Assembly (NCBI RefSeq): GCF_009914755.1
Contig: NC_060928.1
Direction: 5' to 3' (one strand)
DNA: 64,000 bases
Source: the human T2T-CHM13v2.0 reference genome, Homo sapiens
Shown: in pieces, positions 29,390 to 43,599 of the stretch
Layout of the letters: each line of letters begins with the position of its first letter
Numbering within the stretch: the first letter of the stretch is position 1
Position numbers and translations under genes: made by a program
The notes under the pieces: generated by a model
Told to the model about the DNA's origin: nothing
The model's input: only the letters and a program-made list of their open reading frames with translations
Databases searched by the model: none

Positions 29390-30000
29390 TTTATTGTAAA
29401 ATGTTAGAAATTTGCAAAAGCATAGTTTTAATATGCCCTGTTAATAGTGCAATTGCTGTCAAACACATTACATCCACGTATATTACAAACTGCCTAATGT
29501 AATACAGCTAGTATAATTGTTTCCTAAAGCTGTACTATATTTTAAAAATATACAGGAAAAAATTCTATGCTGTACGTATCTCTTTATATTTACCATTTCT
29601 AATGTGTTTTTATTTCTTTTTCTAAATCTGTTTTTATCTAGTCATTTCCTTTTAGTCCGAATTACTTCATTTAGCATTTCTTGTGTAAAGATTTGATGGC
29701 AAAGAGTTATCTAAGTTTTTCTTTATGGGAAAGGACTTCATTTTGCCTTAGTCTCCAAAAGAAATTTTTGCAGAGTATAGAATTTTTTCAATGACAGAAT
29801 TTTCTCCCTTTGAATATGTGAAAGTTGTTATTCTACTGTTTTCCATTACCTGTGTTTTCTTATGAGAAATTGGCCCATATCCTTATGTCCTTTATGTAAT
29901 GTGTCTTTTTTCTTTAGTGCCTTTTAAATTTTCATTTTTAATCTTTAGTTTTCTGCAACTTGACTTTGATGTGCCCAGGTGTGATTTTCTTAGTTTGCAT
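29390..30000 (-). mobile_element. Old L1M fragment (ORF1/inter-ORF region)
   Basis: TTTAGCATTTCTTGT..TTCATTTTGCCTT..GAGTATAGAATT motifs typical of antisense L1M. Confidence 0.6.
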
Positions 30001-30009
30001 GTTTGTATT

Positions 30010-30307
30010 TTTTTTTTTTTTTTTGAGACAGAGTTTCGCTCTTGTTGCCCAGGCTGGAATTCAATGGTGCGATCTCAAGCTTACCACAACCTCTACCTCC
30101 CGGGTTCAAGTGATTCTCCTGCCTCAGCCTCCAGAGTAGCTGGGATTACAGGCATGTGCCAGCACGCCCACCTAATTTTGTATTTTTAGCAGAGATGGGG
30201 TTTCTCCATGTTGGGCAGGCTGGTCTCAAACTCCTGATTTCAGGTGATCCACCTGCCTCAGCCTCCCAAAGAGCTGGGATTACAGGCAAGAGCCATCGCG
30301 CCCAGCC
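30010..30307 (-). mobile_element. AluSp/Sq
   Basis: GAGTTTCGCTCTTGTTGCCC diagnostic. TSD TGTTTGTATT at 30000-30009 and 30308-30317. Confidence 0.95.
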
Positions 30308-31592
30308 TGTTTGTATTCTTACAATTGTTTGCTGAAAATCTTGTAATATGTTGTAGTCATTGAATAATTTATATGTGGCAAGCTTTTTTTTTTTTAGGTT
30401 TAGCGCTTTCTTGTTTCCTGAATATGAAAGAAAAAATAATAATCTTACTTTACTCCCTGCCATTCATCCCCTTCCCTCTGAGGTATTCAGCATTATTTAC
30501 CTGGTGAATATATTTTCTAACCTTTATTTATGCTCATACATGCACACAAACACAAAAGTATGTTGGTTTTATAAAAATTACTATTATATTGTACTTATTG
30601 CTCTGCACTTGGCTCTCTTCGTTTAATAAAACATTATGACTATTCCTTCAGATAAATTGTTAAAATCTAGAAAATGTCAACGTCTCTTTATTTAATAGTG
30701 TCATGCTATTCTATCCTAAGTATATAGTACAATTACTTCAACAACTCCTTCATGAGAATTCAGGTGGTTTCCAGCTTGTTACCACTTTGCTTAATTATAA
30801 TTGAAGATATGATAATAGTTGTAATTTACAGAGCCACTCTATCCCATATCCAGAAGATGGGGAAACTAATACTTTATATGTAGGAAAATTCAGCTACGTA
30901 TAAATTATTTACACAGTGGAGTTAAAGATTTCGAAAAATCACTTGGAAGGAAATAATATCTAGATTAAGACTTTATGGATGAGTAGGAATTACCTGGAAC
31001 AACAACAACAAAAAGGGATGAAAAAGCTTCTAGATAGGCACTGTGTATGCCAAAGGTGGGACACAGATACAGATGTGCATGGTAAAGTGCAAGTGGATCA
31101 TTATTGATAATTTGAAATGAAAGAAAGGAATGGCAGAAGATGGCACCAGACTGATGCTCATGGCCAGACCCTAAGCAGTCCTATCTGCAAACTTGTGCTA
31201 TGGACATTTTTAGCTAATTTTCTCTACTTCAAATATATCAAAATAATACTTTTATTTAAACTTGTATATTTTAATTCTGTTATTTAAAACATGTAGTAAT
31301 ACTGTTATTTAAACTTGTGTATTTTGATTCTTTTCTTTTGTATGTGAAAGAAGAAGCGTAATTAACTATTTTATTTTCCCTCAGATTCCTAAGAATAGTC
31401 TCATTTATAAAGCACAAAAGAAAATGAATGTGGGTTAAATAATAACCATTTAATGTAAAATACAACTATCAATTACAGAAATTCATTAATTGAGTTAAAT
31501 ATTTGCCAACAGTTCTACCCACTTATTTTATTTTTAAGATATTTCCATCAAAACAGTCTCATTAAATTTTGTATGTTAATCAGAATGTTTAC

Positions 31593-31722
31593 CATTTAAT
31601 TTTGCCTAACATTGCTCTGCATTTAGGTTTTGGAATCTTTTTTCATTATAATTTTGAAGCAATTAACTCACAAGGAAAAAAAGTAATTTGCAGGTTTGTA
31701 TAATTGCACAGATGTTAGTTGG
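31593..31722 (-). pseudogene. Candidate internal exon (130 bp, two stops)
   Basis: Acceptor ccattctttctactgtag|C and donor ATG|GTAAAC. PTNICAIIQTCKLLFFLVS*LLQNYNEKRFQNLNAEQC*AKLN. Confidence 0.55.
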
Positions 31723-32514
31723 CTACAGTAGAAAGAATGGCAGGATTCTGAGAGTTTCCTTCAAAAGGAAAATAGAGACAAGAATATGTACACATTAAAT
31801 TCTTCTTTGGTTGATAATTCTTATAACTCTGTTTTTTAAATTGTATACAGTAAATTCGGCTTAATAAAAGTGTGGTATGGAAAATTGTTTCTGAGCTTCT
31901 GAAATTAGCCTAAGCAAGTTAGAAAACTAATTAGTAGATGGGAAAAAATGTAATTATGAAAGACATAATATACCATTGCAGATGATTTTTATCCCTCTTT
32001 TTATCCCTTACTCTTACATAAAGAAAGAAAACCAAAGTAAATTATTTTCCATTCAGCTTTACCAAGTTCTAAGAACTTAAATATGAGACATCTTTTCTTT
32101 GTTGAAATGGTTTTAAATAAGTTCAACTGTGAACACCATTAGAAAGTTAACTATAAACCTCAATCTTGTATAAATATTTAATTATTTCTAACTTAACCGT
32201 ACTGCAAGTTTGTCTTAGTACAGAGGACATACATTACATATATGTGTTTATATTAGAGAGAGGCTTAATTAAATGGATTTAATATTAATTGAAATTTTCT
32301 GCACATATAAAATTAAACCATTCTTTATTGTAGCTGTCAGTTTATTTATTCTACATATAGTATCTACTCTTCCAAGTCATGATCTATTGACTTTATTAGT
32401 CTGTAAACATAAAAACATGCATTCTGTTGACAAAATTACATTTATTCAATGTCATTATTGTTTTATCTAATATTGTTTTAAATGTACTAGCTGAATTGCA
32501 CAACCTTATATTAC

Positions 32515-32811
32515 CTAGTTATTAAGATCTTCTCACTGCTTTCCATCATTGACTTCTTAAGGAATTTTCCTCATGGCCTAACCTTATCTGATATTTTTAA
32601 TAAAGTGGCTGCTGTGTGACCTTATTCATCCTTGAATGTGTGGTACAATGGCAAACCAGGATTGCCACTGGGAGGCTATGACTGGCATCTTCAAAAGTAG
32701 GGTAGGATTACCAATACGGAAATTTAGAAGTTTCAGAATTCAGGTTCACCCTGGATAAGCTTTGATGCTTATCTGAAGCTTATTCAAACCTTCTGAATCG
32801 GTAAAATTGAG
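32515..32811 (-). pseudogene. Candidate internal exon (297 bp, heavily disrupted)
   Basis: Acceptor ctgctttttgacatttacag|C and donor TAG|GTAATA. Length is a multiple of 3. Reads LNFTDSEGLNKLQISIKAYPG*T*ILKLLNF, then in a shifted frame ..PLY*KYQIRL. Confidence 0.55.
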
Positions 32812-33427
32812 CTGTAAATGTCAAAAAGCAGAATTTCTCATGAGATTTACTATACTTTAACTTCTGTTCCAAACCAGAAATACCAAGAGGACAGTTTCTT
32901 TTGCAATGTCATTGTGACTCTTTTTCAAGTGTTAAAAGGTGAAAATAAAAAGGCAAGTTGGCGGGGGCAAAATATATAATCTACATTCATTTTTAAATAC
33001 TTGTTTAGTTTAAATGATGGAGATAACATAAATTGAAAAAACTTATATTCTTATTGAATTTGTTAAAACTAAAATGTATCTGTGTTCTGTTTTCTCATTC
33101 AGTGAGCAAATGAAATTAATAAAGTTTATGTCATTCATGTGTTTTCAATATGAACAAAATACTCAGTCTATGAAACTGCGTATCTCCCCAGGAAAACATT
33201 TTGCTAAGGTGGATATTGGGCAAGCCTAGAGGGCATTTAATACCTTAGCACCTTCAAGCCTCATGCTGAGAAGCAATGAGCAATGTTATATTTCTGTAAT
33301 GTTGGTCATAAATCTACATAAGCTAAGGTTACATTTTTACATATATTTATTTCAAATATTGTTAATTAAGGGGAATGGGGCTTGATAGTAATACATAAAA
33401 CAGTTAAATACATAAGTTTGTCTACAC

Positions 33428-33504
33428 CTCCTGTATTGAAATCTCAAGTTTTCTTCTTGTTTCCTGCCTGATTTTGGCACACAACATAGGAAGGCCTCTG
33501 GTTC
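33428..33504 (-). pseudogene. Candidate internal exon (77 bp)
   Basis: Acceptor atttgcatattag|G and weak donor GAG|GTGTAG. Open frame TRGLPMLCAKIRQETRRKLEISIQE ends in phase 0, matching the next exon. Confidence 0.4.
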
Positions 33505-33974
33505 CTAATATGCAAATATGGATGATAACAAGTTAATTAGTGTTAATGTTCAGATGTTAATTTCTTTGCAGTGTCAAATATAAAATTGGTATTAATAACA
33601 TCATTATTATGACTTTTCTCATACCCTATGTTTCATGAAGTATAGTGGTGAGGTGGGTAATTTTTTTAACTTCTTGTTTTCAGAATATTATATTTCCACA
33701 CTCTGCAAAATTTCTGTATCTGGGAGTCTTGTCATCTGTCTAACTATCCTGTACTTTAACACATTTTTGTTATCTACCAACTTTGCCAACTATTCCCTAT
33801 TCATTCATCAAGGACATTCACATAAGTTCCATTTTATACACACCTTCCTATAAATATTCAGGAGATGTACCAACAACAGGAAGTCTCCTAATTTTGAAAT
33901 CACTGATTTCTAAATCCAATGCTCACTCTGTCTCTCTAGCTCTCTTATTCCATCATTTTGACAACCTACAATCT

Positions 33975-34017
33975 TTATTTTATTTTATTTTATGTTATGT
34001 TATGTTATTTTATTTTT
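33975..34017. repeat. (TTTTA)n/(TTATG)n pentanucleotide tract
   Basis: Read directly from the sequence. Confidence 0.85.
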
Positions 34018-34554
34018 GGTTGTGGGGCTGACTTTATTGTAGGTCTAGGGAAAAGATGGGTTAAAATTACAGCAAAACAAACCTCTTTCATTTGAGTTTA
34101 GACTCCCCAATTCTAAAAATACCCACCTGCCTTTTCTTCTAACTTGGGCTTGAGCCATGTTGCTCTACCTCCTTTCTTCTCTTCACTTCCTCTTTCTTTC
34201 TTCTCTGCAATTTCTCTTAGCCCTAGTATTTCTGCTGCAGAATAGTTTAGCTATCTGTTCAATTCCACTGCCCCCTCCCACCATCCCCAATGAGCCTATC
34301 AAAACATTTCCTTTAGCAAAGATATACAATGTAGGAATTTTCAGAAAATGATTTTAAGGCATGTAAAATTTAATTTTAGATCATTCAATCTGATTGACAA
34401 TCTGCAGCAGTTCACCATTACTTGGAATATTCACTGCTTATGGAAATAACACCCAGGCATCTGAAATAGTCTACAACCCTCTATGCTCTTCATAATATCT
34501 ATGAGCTCCATCAGCCTTTCTTTCACAAAGATAACTTCAAACTTGAATTTCTTT

Positions 34555-35742
34555 ATTAATTCAGTAAACACTTGTTGCCTATTTACTCTGGAGCAAATAC
34601 TGTCCTACCAATGAGGGATGCAGTATTTAGCATATGTTACACGGTGCCTTCTCTCTTAGATCTGATTTCCTGTTGTGGGAGGCCTGATATTAACAATCAC
34701 ACAGTTAATGTACTTACACACTGCATGAGTGTTATGCATTAAAGTCAATCAAAGTAAGAATAAAATTAAAACGTCTATTTTAAAAGGTATAGTAGGGATC
34801 TTTGGAGATTTGACACTTAAACAGTCTTTAAGGATGAGAAGAATGAATAAGATATATGAAAATCAACAATAACACTCATCCATAAAAAGAATGAAATCAT
34901 GTCCTTTGCAGCAACATGGATGGAAATGAGGGCCATTATCCAAAGTGAAATAGCTCAGAAACAGAAAGTCAAATACCGTATTTTCTATCTTATAAGTAGG
35001 AGCTAAACAATGGGTACATGTGGACATGGAATAAGCATTGGAGACTCAAAAAGGTGGGAGGGGTGAGGGAGGTGAGGGATGAGAAGTTACTTATTGGGTT
35101 TAATAGACACTATTCATGTGGTGGCTACATTAGATGCCCAAACTTTACCACTACACAATATATCCATGTAAGAGATCTGCACCTGTACTCCCTAAGTCTA
35201 CAAAAATTTATCTATGTATATATACACACACACACAGAGAATGAGACATATCAGAGACATTCCGGTGGCAGAAGCAGCATGCAGCAAGACCCTAACATGG
35301 AAAGGAGTTTGTGATAAAGGAAGGGGTTGGCTCCAAGGAAGACCAGGGCCATATCATGTAAGCCATTTTTGAGCACTGCAGGCATAATCCCACCAGGATT
35401 AGAATAAGAGCTGGGAAGGAAAACCCATTGAGTGACAGAATCAAAATATTTCTTAAAAAGATTATAGACTGCTTTGCAGGTGGATAGAGGCTGGGATAAA
35501 ATCAAGAAAAGAAGTCAGAAAGCTATGTCTGTATTTCAGGTGACAGAAAAAATAAAATATTTGCAGAGTTAGAGATATAATTTGCAGACACATCTGAACT
35601 GGATGTGAGGTTGAGGGAGTGGGCGGAATCAAGGATGAAGTCCAGGTTTGTTGCATGAGCAACTTGATGAGTACGGTTGGCATTTACTAAGATGAAAAAG
35701 ACTGGAGGAGAAGCACATTGTGACTGGGGAATATCATGAATT
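34555..35742 (-). mobile_element. L2 3' portion, interrupted by an L1PB
   Basis: ATTCAGTAAACACTTGTTG..ACTGTCCTA start and GAATCAAGGATGAAGTCCAGGTTT..GCATTTACTAAGATG L2 motifs. Confidence 0.7.
34873..35210 (+). mobile_element. L1PB4-like 3' end
   Basis: ATAAAAAGAATGAAATCATGTCCTTTGCAGCAACATGGATGG...CACTACACAATATATCCATGTAA..CTGCACCTGTACTCCCTAA. Confidence 0.8.
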
Positions 35743-36051
35743 CGTCGACTGTTACCTCGGTTTCTGCCTCCTTCCTTAGCATCTTCAATCCTATGACTTA
35801 GACAATGTTTGAGAATTCACATATCTGTACTTGCATTTCAGGTAGCTATTTACTACCTCGTTTTGGTTGTTATCTCAATGGTTAAACGTGATGCACATAT
35901 CCAGACTCATCCATTATAGACTTATTTTACACACACAAGCACAAATATAAAACACACTTAAATATCTATAACTATACATATACATAGCCACTGTGCGTGT
36001 ATACACACACAAGCACACACACACACACATATATACAGTCACACACATATA

Positions 36052-36240
36052 CAATTGACCCTTGAACAACACAATTTGAACTGTGCTGGTCCACTTACAT
36101 GTGAATTATTTTTAAACAAAAGTGGATTGAAAATACAGTATTTGTGGGATGGTGAATCTGGAGAACCAACTTTGCAAGTACGGCCGGACGCTGTCACGGA
36201 GGTCCTGGAACCAATTTCCTGCGTATACTGAGAACGACTG
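36052..36240 (-). mobile_element. MER8 (TcMar-Tigger MITE)
   Basis: Terminal inverted ends CAATTGACCCTTGAACAACAC and GGTCCTGGAACCAAT..GTATACTGAGAACGACTG. TA on the left flank. Confidence 0.75.
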
Positions 36241-36904
36241 CATACAGAACATATAAAATAGCAAATAGTGAAATTTATTCCATAAACCACAATGCACTAC
36301 ATGGATACTATTTTACACTTGAATAATGTAATATATTTTTCATGGTATTTTTGGATTCACTGTCATATAAATGATTCATTTATTCAAGATTCCAAAGCTA
36401 TATAAAGTCAGATTTGGTATCAAAGTCTTGTCCTGACTACAAATTTAGCAAAAATAAACAATCTATGTTTGCAATAAAAGTTCTTGTGTTACCGTTCTAA
36501 CCCCATTCTGGCCGTTAATTAATTAATGTATTATTCAAGAAATATAGCTTATGGTTATATACAGCATGTACTACAAAAGATACCAGAGATTTATAACTTG
36601 AAAAACACAGTCTGTGAGGCCAAAGAGCTTGTTATCTTTATTTCATGAGCCATGAGAAGCCATTTAACATTTCCAAGTCATAGTGCCTTAAACTACAAAA
36701 TGGAGACAGTAAATAAGATCTGCTTTATATAAATTGAGTGTATTTATGTGTGCGTTTATGTGTGTGTTGGGGGGAGAGGAGAGAAAGAGAGAAAGTGTTT
36801 TGTTATGCTGGTGGGATATTTTGGCCATGATTTCCACATTTAGAATGCCTGTGTTCTTATTTCAGCTCCAACACTAAGTCTGTAATGTTAGACAGCAAAC
36901 ATCA

Positions 36905-37140
36905 TAATAACATACACTTCTATTGTGCTTACTGTCCTGTATTAAATATTTATATTAACTCAGTAGCCCCACAACATCCCTGTGTGTTAGGTATTATTGT
37001 ACTTCCATTTTATGGCTAATGAAAATTAAACACAGATGATTTCAGGGACTTGCCCAAATTTAAGAAGCTGGTACAAAAAAGAGCCAATTTTCAAACTCAA
37101 GCAGTTTGACTTTAGATGATTCTGTACTCTTTAACTATTG
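36905..37140 (-). mobile_element. MIR
   Basis: CACAACATCCCTGTG..TAGGTATTATT..CCATTTTATGG..GAAAATTAAACACAGA..ACTTGCCCAA core. Confidence 0.75.
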
Positions 37141-37571
37141 CAGTATGCACTACTTCTTATAATTTCTGTATCTTTTTTCCCTTACCTGTAAAATATAAAA
37201 TATTATAGTGTTTATTTCATAACATTGTTGTTAAGACTTAGAAAATGTTTGACTTAAGGTCAAACAAATATCAGAATAAATTATCAAAAAATATTAATTA
37301 TATATTTTATACATTTTAAAATGGCTATGTAGTCACTTTCAGTAAAATTTTAATTTCTTTATTAATTTTTGGCAACTATAATTCTGAATCTCACTACACT
37401 TTTATTTCCCTTATTCATTTTTATTTTTGTTGTGCTTCCACAATTGTACCCATACCATCTAAATCTGACAGTCTCTCTTCTAATGGGCATTGCCAAGGGG
37501 AAATAAGCACAAGAAAAATGTACTGTGACAGAGTAACATAGAAAAGAAGAACTGGGATAAGGTTTGGACAC

Positions 37572-37925
37572 AGTATTAGTCCATTTTCACGCTGCTAATG
37601 AAGACATACCTGAAACTGGGCAATTTACAAAAGAAAGAGGTTTAACTGGAGGACTCACAGTTCCATGTGGCTGGGGAGGCCTTACAATCATGGTGGGAGG
37701 CAAAGAGGAGCAAGTCACCTCTTACATGGATGGTGGCAGGCAAAGAGAGAGCTTGTGCAGAAAAACTCCTGTTTTAAAAACCATCAGATGTGATATTTAT
37801 TCCCTATGATGAGAACCACACAAGAAAGGCTTGCCCCATGATTCAGTTACCTCCCACTGAGTCCCTCCCACAACACGTGGGAATTGAAGATGAGATTCGG
37901 ATGGGGCCACAGCCAAACCATATCA
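37572..37925 (-). mobile_element. THE1 (B/C) solo LTR
   Basis: GTATTAGTCCATTTTCACGCTGCT...CACAGCCAAACCATATCA. Confidence 0.92.
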
Positions 37926-38344
37926 CACAGTAAAGTATGAGGAAAAACTTCAGAAAATGTCTCCTTTTTAGGGATGATGTAGATGGAGACATTATTTAAA
38001 ATAAATATCTAAGTAGGAAAAGACTTGATCAACAAATTAAAATTGCAAGTAAATCACTAACTGTAGGCTCATTATTGTGGTAAATAGGGGCTTGCAGATA
38101 AGCTCTAGTTTTACCTATCAATTTTGTATCCCTTTTGGTACCCAACTTCAGGATGTCTCTTCTCATCTAGAAGACCTCTTTCTATGCCCCGTCATGTAGG
38201 GTTATATTGAGAAACTGTCTGAGTTCCCTAAAAAAAATGAGATGGTTGTTACCTCAATCTCCTTCAGGTCTTAACTCTCTAGTTCTTAAAACCAATGTGA
38301 CTGATATTTTTATCAATATGTAACACCAAGTGTAATGCCTAGAT

Positions 38345-38561
38345 CAAACTTTTCCAACCTGCGGCTCATGGGCTGCGTGAGGCCCAGGATGACTTTGAAT
38401 GTGACCCAACACAAATTCATAAGCTTTCTTAAAACACTATGAAATCTTTTTGCAACTTTTTTTAGCTCTTCAGTTATCATTCGTGTTAGTGTATTTTATG
38501 TGTGGCCCAATAAAATATTCTTCCAATGTGGCTCAGGGAAGCCAATAATTGAATACCCCTG
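38345..38561 (-). mobile_element. MER30 (hAT-Charlie MITE)
   Basis: TCCAACCTGCGGC..GGCCCAGGATGACTTTGAATGTGACCCAACACAAATTC...CAGGGAAGCCAA..ACCCCTG. Confidence 0.85.
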
Positions 38562-39080
38562 GTGTAGTAATAGCTATAATTTAAAAAAATGGGATTTTCA
38601 TAAAGTTGTCAGACTTATACACCATGTATTAGAATCTTTCTTAAAATTTTGATGACTTCTACTGAGATTTGTCCCTTCCCATTATCCTCAAAACATCAAT
38701 CTGACATTTTTATTTGTATTTCACCTATTAGCCATAAACAAGGATATTAGGAGAAAACATTCATAAAGCAATAGTTCAAGGTGTATGATACATTGATGAA
38801 ATGTCAATAGGCAGCTTACACCTTTGGCGTCAATGGGATAGAGTTAGTGTAAGGAAACACAATCAGAAAAAGAGAAAATCATAGGGAATCAAAAATGAGT
38901 AAATTGAATTAGAAATGCACCGAAATGATTCTGCTTGTCTTTTCTCTAAGGAATATCATGGCATTTAATCAAAGTTATAAATTCAAATGTAAACAGGGCA
39001 GGATTTATCCATCAACATATTTATAATCTCAATCAACATCAGATATGTCAAATGCTTATCCTTCACTTATGAAAAAATAA

Positions 39081-39468
39081 AATATTGTAGTCCATTTTCA
39101 TACTTCTATAAAGAACTGCCCAAGACTGGGTAATTTGTTAAGGAAAGAGGTTTAATTGATTCACAGTTCAGCATGTTTGGGGAGGCCTCAGGAAACTTGC
39201 AATCATGGCAGAAGGCAAAGGGAAAGCAAGGCACCTTCTTCACAAGGCAGCAGGAAGAAGTGCTGAGTGAAGTGGAAGGAGCCTCTTATAAAATTATCAG
39301 ATCTCGTGAGAACTCACTTACTGTCACAAGAACAGCATGGGGGAAACTACCCCTATGATTCAATTACTTCTGTCTGATCTCTCCCTTGAGGCTTGGGGAT
39401 TATGGGGATTATGAGGGTTATAATTCAAGATGAGATTTGGTTGGGGACACAAAGCCTAGCCATACCAT
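39081..39468 (-). mobile_element. MaLR solo LTR (THE1D/MST-like)
   Basis: AGTCCATTTTCATACT..GGGGAGGCCTCAGGAAACTT..GATGAGATTTGGTTGGGGACACA..CCATACCA. Confidence 0.88.
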
Positions 39469-40892
39469 AGCTTCTTCCACTGTTCTCTTCTTTAACATTG
39501 GGTCATATGAAGATTTATAAGTATGTAAATAATTATTATGTTATATTTGTACTTTATAAATAGTTTTAGTTAATTGAAAAAAGAAACGTCCCCTGAAGCT
39601 TAAGTTATAGACACTATAATTGTATATGTGTAGAATACATTTTAAAAATGCTTTTATAATTATATATAAATATATGTTTATTATAAACAGATAAATTATG
39701 AACAGGTGAAAGATATCCTAAAATACATAATATTTAGAAAACAAGGAACTTATTTAGCCAGATGAAACTCCAAAATTTATGTGTCCTGGTATTTTGAAAG
39801 TAAAGTGTACACTATAGAAGACATGAGATTTTGAATATCATTCAAGTCATATGACTTCAGTCACGATCAACCAAAAAATATGCTTTTAGACTGATACATA
39901 TGAATATATTTCAAAATGTAAATGTGTCAAGAAACAGAAGGTTTCAAAATTATACCATATACGTCCTTTAATTTTTCTTTTACATCTGATTTCATTTAAC
40001 AATAGAGTAAATTGGAGTTTAGTATGCAAGGTGTTTCTTTATATACTAGTAGTGTCAAATGTTATTCACCATTCCCTTTCTAGAGCAGTAAAATATTCAA
40101 TGGAAAATACATACAGGTTCCACATCAAAAGCTACAGTGAAGCAAGAGTACAATGTAAGAACATTGTATTGCCTTTTCCAAGAAAACTTCTCTTCTAGGA
40201 ATTCAACATGAGCAAGAGGAAAAAAAAGGTTAGAAACATTGTCTGTGTTAATAAAGCACTAAATTAATTAGTATCCATCAATAGAAACTTTTGAAAAATT
40301 AGAGTAACAAATCATATGTAATATTAAGGAGTCACTGAGAATATATACATTTGTAAATATTTTTCTTAAATTTAAAAAATGAATTTAAAAATCATATTGC
40401 AAGACAATGTAGAATAAGACTAGTTGATAGATAGATAACAGATACGAAAATAGTTAGAAGTTACGTTATAAAATGATTATTATGGATTACAACCTAGAGG
40501 ACTATTGACTATTACTTTCAGTGTTTATATATCTATATTTTTAGTTTATACAGATTATATTACTTTTGTAGTAAAATTAAATACATTTTCATTAAAACTA
40601 CACGTTTTCCTTGCTTCACATTACTTATGGTAAACAATAACCAAGCTAACTATACTTTTTTGAAAAATGTGTTAACTTTATAAAATTCTTCAAATAATTA
40701 TGAAAAGATTATTTAAGAGTCAGTGACATTAGAGGAGCTTATTTATTTCTTTGTAAAAAAGAAAAAGGTAAACCTCATTTATTTTTTAAAAATCAGGAAA
40801 TTTGATATTATTTTGAGGAGTTATACTGTTAAATCTTACTGTTGTGTTTGGAAGTTTTGTAAGTAATCTAAAAATACCTGTAGGTAAAATAC

Positions 40893-40949
40893 CATATTCT
40901 GTAGAGAAATGGTATATAATGGATACAAGCATGACCAGAATTCTCCCAC
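40893..40949 (-). pseudogene. Possible small internal exon
   Basis: Acceptor gtctaagttttag|G. Donor ATG|GTATTT at 40892 or CAG|GTATTT at 40877. All frames are open, so the phase is unresolved. Confidence 0.3.
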
Positions 40950-41065
40950 CTAAAACTTAGACATCTATAATATGAGAAATAATTACCTTTTAATGATATA
41001 AGGCATTTATTTATATGACACAAGGGCATATTACTTTTAATATTTTTGAATACTTCTTGACTCAC

Positions 41066-41286
41066 AACAATTCAATTCTGTGTACTAGGGTACAATAATT
41101 TACTCTTGCAGTAATCACTAGGATGAGTAAAAAAGAATTGGATTCAAAAGGCCAGGAAGAATAAGAAGGCCTTTTCATTAAAGAGCTTATTTCAGTACTA
41201 TTTACTTCCTGCTGATCTCTTACAAATCTTGCTAGTCTTATAAATCCTCTTAGTCTCCTCTCAATCCTCTTTTTATATGTGAGCAC
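41066..41286 (-). pseudogene. Candidate internal exon (221 bp)
   Basis: Acceptor ccttttcttcttaaaag|G and donor GTT|GTGAGT. Frame is open across the exon (VLTYKKRIERRLRGFIRLARFVRDQQEV..). An alternative frame near the 3' end reads ..DYCKSKLL. Confidence 0.6.
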
Positions 41287-41591
41287 CTTTTAAGAAGAAA
41301 AGGATGCCAGTTTCCATCTTGCATTATTGTTTTAAAGAACAACAAAAAAAGAACACTTAATCTTTAGGAAATAAAGAGCATTCAATGAATTTAATAAGTT
41401 AAACTTAAACTATGTACATACAAACCAGATTTTTCCATATTCCTATAAACATGTTTAGTTAATAAATTGTGAATCTCAAATACTTTTTTCATGTAGTTGT
41501 GTTTTTTAAATGTAAAATATATAAGATATACATATATATAATATTCAAAATACTTTAAAACAAAATTTGTTATTAATTGAATAAATATAAC

Positions 41592-41680
41592 CAGATGCAC
41601 AACTTCCAGTTTTAGAAGTTGAGTTTATTTTTTTTATTTTGTTTTTATTTTTTGGCTAATTTAAGGTTATCTGATGTCAA
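41592..41680 (-). pseudogene. Candidate 5'-most recognisable exon (89 bp)
   Basis: Very strong acceptor (long pyrimidine tract ending ccccag|T) but decayed donor CTG|GTTATA. LTSDNL...(A-rich disruption)...QLLKLEVVHL. Confidence 0.4.
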
Positions 41681-43599
41681 CTGGGGAAAAAAAAGAGATA
41701 AAGAATCGAGAATAGCATACTCAATTCTCAGCGCCTTGATAATCCTCACTATGTGGGCCTCAATGTCCCTTCATTACTTCATCCTAGTCTCTAACTGTGG
41801 ATTCTAAAATTCAAAGAATTATTGATTACTAAACAAGTTTATTCCTCCAAATCTCAAGTGTTACTGTCACTCAACCTCTTCTTTCCCATCATGCATTCTT
41901 CCAAAGCCTTCCTGTCTGTTCTCCCCAGATCTCACTTCCACAGCCGTGGCTACTATTCTCAACTTATTCTTAATAAATTATCTTACTTCCTCATCAACTC
42001 AATTATCTCTTACTCATTACTTCAATTTAGGCTTCTTGTTCATCCACACTATTATGTGACCTATTTTGTCAGAATATAGTCAATTCTCATTCTTCTTTCT
42101 TTATAAACCTAGTTCATTTGTTTTCTATGCTTGCTATAACAAATCACTGCAAATTTAGTAGCTTAAAACAGTACAAGCCTCTTAAAAAGACCACATTTCC
42201 CTTAGGCTCATCTGAAATCAGTTACCCTGGGCCTAAAAAATCTCTGCAACATGTGCTTCATATTCTGCTCTAATTATTAGATTAAGATCATTTAATAAGG
42301 ATTATTTAGGATTATTTAATCAATTTTACAAGCAGAATTTAGGACCTACCCAATCTCTTTGTTTTCCCTCCTGTCACTCTTCTATGAAGTATCAATATTC
42401 CATATTTCAGAAAAAATGTCAGTTTCTGAAACATATGTATGCTGTACCATATTTCTACATGTGGTTCCTTCTCTCAGAAACTTCTATTTGCTTCTCATTT
42501 TAAAAATGTATTACTATCTTCATGTTTACTTAGGTAGCTCCAGGTAACAATACTTCTATTTCCTTTATTCTTTGGATGTCTATTAAACAAATTATAAAGT
42601 AAAAATTAACATAGAATAATCCTCATTAGCACGTGACATCCCAACTCTTATTTTGATAGCAAAATTACCCACACTATTAAATAAATTAGGTTCTTCAGCA
42701 TGTTTAAGCAGAGTACTCAAAATTTAATTTCCACTTCTATAAAACCTCTGTGCTGACAGTCATATATCTCAATAGGAATATTCTTCAGCCATATTTTAAA
42801 AGATGTAATGTGTTGAATTAATTAAAAAGAGTAAGAATAAATTTATAGTTTGGAAAAATGGCTAAAATAATCCATGCTTGGGAGAAAGCAAAGATTTGCT
42901 TTACTAGAAAATCAAAGTCTATATTTAAGAAGAGTGAGACATAATTTTAAGAAGACCTCTGAGTAGAGATCCTTAACAGTAAATTATAAGAATTTGCAGC
43001 AGAAGACAGTAAGAGTTGACCTTGAGCGTAGAAAAAATTGCATGTTCATTGATTAGCAGGAAAATCTATTGAATATAAATAGAGAAATATATGAATTTAA
43101 ATACTATGTATAAAAGTATTTTTATGTTTTTTTAAAACTATGATGTCTATGAAATGTTTTGAAAACAAAAGCAAAGGAACAAAGGACTCTATGAAAGGAA
43201 ATTTACTGGCCGGGGATATGATAATGAAGAAGTGGACTGGGGATATTTGTCTGGGATTAGAAATAATAGAATAACTTGACAGTCAAACACATATAAAATT
43301 CAGTTCAAATTTCAAGTTCTTGCATGAGATTTACCAAGAAAGCTTCATGTAAATTCACATGGCAAAGAACCTCACTTCAGTGTTTGGCTTCAGGACGAAT
43401 ATAGGTAGATCTAAAGGATCTGTTTTTATTTTTGTTATTTTTGTTTACCTTGTCTCTTTTTTACAGGAAAAAAAAGTTTTTAAGATTATTCTGATGCACA
43501 GCCAAGTTTGGAAGACACGTAAAATTCTAACTTTATTTAGGATTTAAAGGGAAAACAGGGAGCTAGAGAGAAATTTCATTTTAGACAGTAATATAAGGA

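Noticed and set aside
33625-33790. Possible extra exon ending at donor AGG|GTATGA (33624)
   Set aside because: No clear acceptor, an internal stop, and adjacent L2-like sequence.
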